NCBI GenBank assembly: GCA_030390025.1
Contig: CM059431.1
Location: forward strand, 159,032,001 to 159,096,000
Source: Squalus acanthias
Taxonomy: Eukaryota
Reading direction: 5' to 3'
DNA length: 64,000 nucleotides
Shown: positions 62,458-64,000 of the stretch, piece by piece
How positions within the stretch are numbered: position 1 is the stretch's first letter
How the letters are laid out: each line of letters opens with the position of its first letter
Made by a program: the position numbers and the translations under genes
Notes under the pieces: model-generated
Told to the model about the DNA's origin: nothing
Seen by the model: the letters and a program-made list of their open reading frames with translations, nothing else
Database searches by the model: none

Positions 62458-64000
62458 ATAGAAACATAGAAACATAGAAGATAGGAGCAGGAGTAGGCCA
62501 TTCGGCCCCTCGAGCTTGCTCCGTCATTCGATGAGATCATGGCTGATCATCCAAACTCAGTACCCTGTACCTGCCTTCTCCCCATATCCCTTGATACCTT
62601 TATCTTTAAGAAATAAAACTAACTCATTCTTGAACATATTTAATGACTTGGCCTCAACTACCTTCTGTGGTCGAGAATTCCACAGTTTCACCACTCACTG
62701 GTAGAAGAAATTATTCCTCATTTCTGTCCTAAATGGCTTACCCGTTATCCTTAGATTATGACCCCTGGTTCTGGACTCTCCGACCATCAGGAACATTCTT
62801 CCTACATCTAGTTTGTCCAGACCTGTCAGAATTGTATATGTTTCGATGAGATCCCCTCTCATTCTTCTAAACTCCAGCGAATATAAGCCCAATCGACCCA
62901 ATCTCTCCTCATATGTCATTCCTGCCATCCCAGGTATCAGCCTTGTGAATCTTCGCTGAACTCCTTCCATGGCAAGAACATCCTTCCTCAGATAAGGCGA
63001 CCAAAACTGCACACAGTACTCAAGGTGTGGTCTCACCAAGGCCCTGTGCAACTGCAGCAGGACATCCCTGTTCCTATACTCAAAACCTTTCGCTATGAAG
63101 GCCAACATACCATTTGCCTTCTTTACCGTCTGCTGCACCTGGATGCTTACTTTCAGCGACTGGTGCACAAGGACACCTAGGTCTCGTTGCACTACCCCTT
63201 CTCCCAATCTATTGCCATTCAGATAATAGTCTGTCTTTCTGTTTTTGACACCAAATAGGATAACCTCGCATTTATAAACGTCATATTGCATCTGCCACGC
63301 TTCTGCCCACTCACCCAACCTGTCCAAATCATCCTGGAGTTTCTCGGTATCCTCCTCGCAGCACATACTCCCACCCAGATTTGTGTCATCTGCAAACTTG
63401 GAGATATTACATTTAGTTCCCTTATCTAGATCATTGATGTATATTGTGAATAGCTGGGGTCCAAGGACCGATCCCTGCGGTACCCCAGTAGTCTCTGCTT
63501 GCCACTCGGAAAAAGATCCATTAATTCCTACTCTCTGCTTCCTGTCCGCCAACCAGTTCTCTATCCAAGTCAATACCTTGCCCCCAATCCCTTGTGCCCT
63601 AACTTTACACGCTAATCTCTTATGCGGGAACTTATCGAAAGCCTTTTGAAAGTCCAAATACACCACATCTACTGGTTCACCCTTATCTATTTTCCCAGTT
63701 ACATCCTCAAAAAATTCCAGTAGATTAGTCAAGCACGAATTACCTTTTGTAAATCCATGTTGACTTTGTCCGATCCTGTCACTGTTTTTCAAGTTCTCAG
63801 CTATTACATCCTTTATAATGGACTCTAGCATTTTCCCCAATACCGCTGTCAGGCTTACCGGTCTGTAATATCCGCTTTCTCTCTACCACCCTTTTTGAAT
63901 AGTGGGGTAACATTGGCTACCCTCCAATCCATGGGCACAGTTCCAGATTCCATCGAATGTTGGAAGATGATCAGCAAAGCATCTACTATTTCTAGGGTCA
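62458..64000 (-). mobile_element. CR1 ORF2 RT and 3' tail, running off the window end
   Basis: 381-aa RT ORF 62695-63840; tail atagaaacatagaaac on the plus strand; same subfamily as 52075-56661. Confidence 0.95.

Overview
This 64 kb window is vertebrate genomic DNA, most likely from a cartilaginous fish (HE1/V-type SINE, shark-type FISNA-NACHT-LRR gene, esterase-ORF1 CR1 LINEs). It is almost entirely nested mobile elements: over a dozen CR1 copies or fragments, a tandem Penelope-like element (PLE), an RTE with a 5' inversion, an ERV-like 3' LTR with its polypurine tract, Harbinger-like MITEs, SINEs and two degenerate ~34-bp minisatellite arrays. The only host gene I can support is an NLR pseudogene (32007-41341) whose NACHT exon is split by the PLE. 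Highlights: (1) one stop-free CR1 ORF2 (16348-19299) inserted into an older CR1 at almost the homologous position. It has no in-frame ATG before the end of its endonuclease domain and is joined to ORF1 by a U-UUA-AAC -1 frameshift heptamer. (2) Four minimal hammerhead ribozyme motifs in PLE-derived sequence, two of them exactly 3200 nt apart around the PLE ORF. (3) Two related CR1 copies with different tandem-monomer 5' ends. Family names come from motif recognition only, with no database search, and boundaries of degraded elements are approximate.
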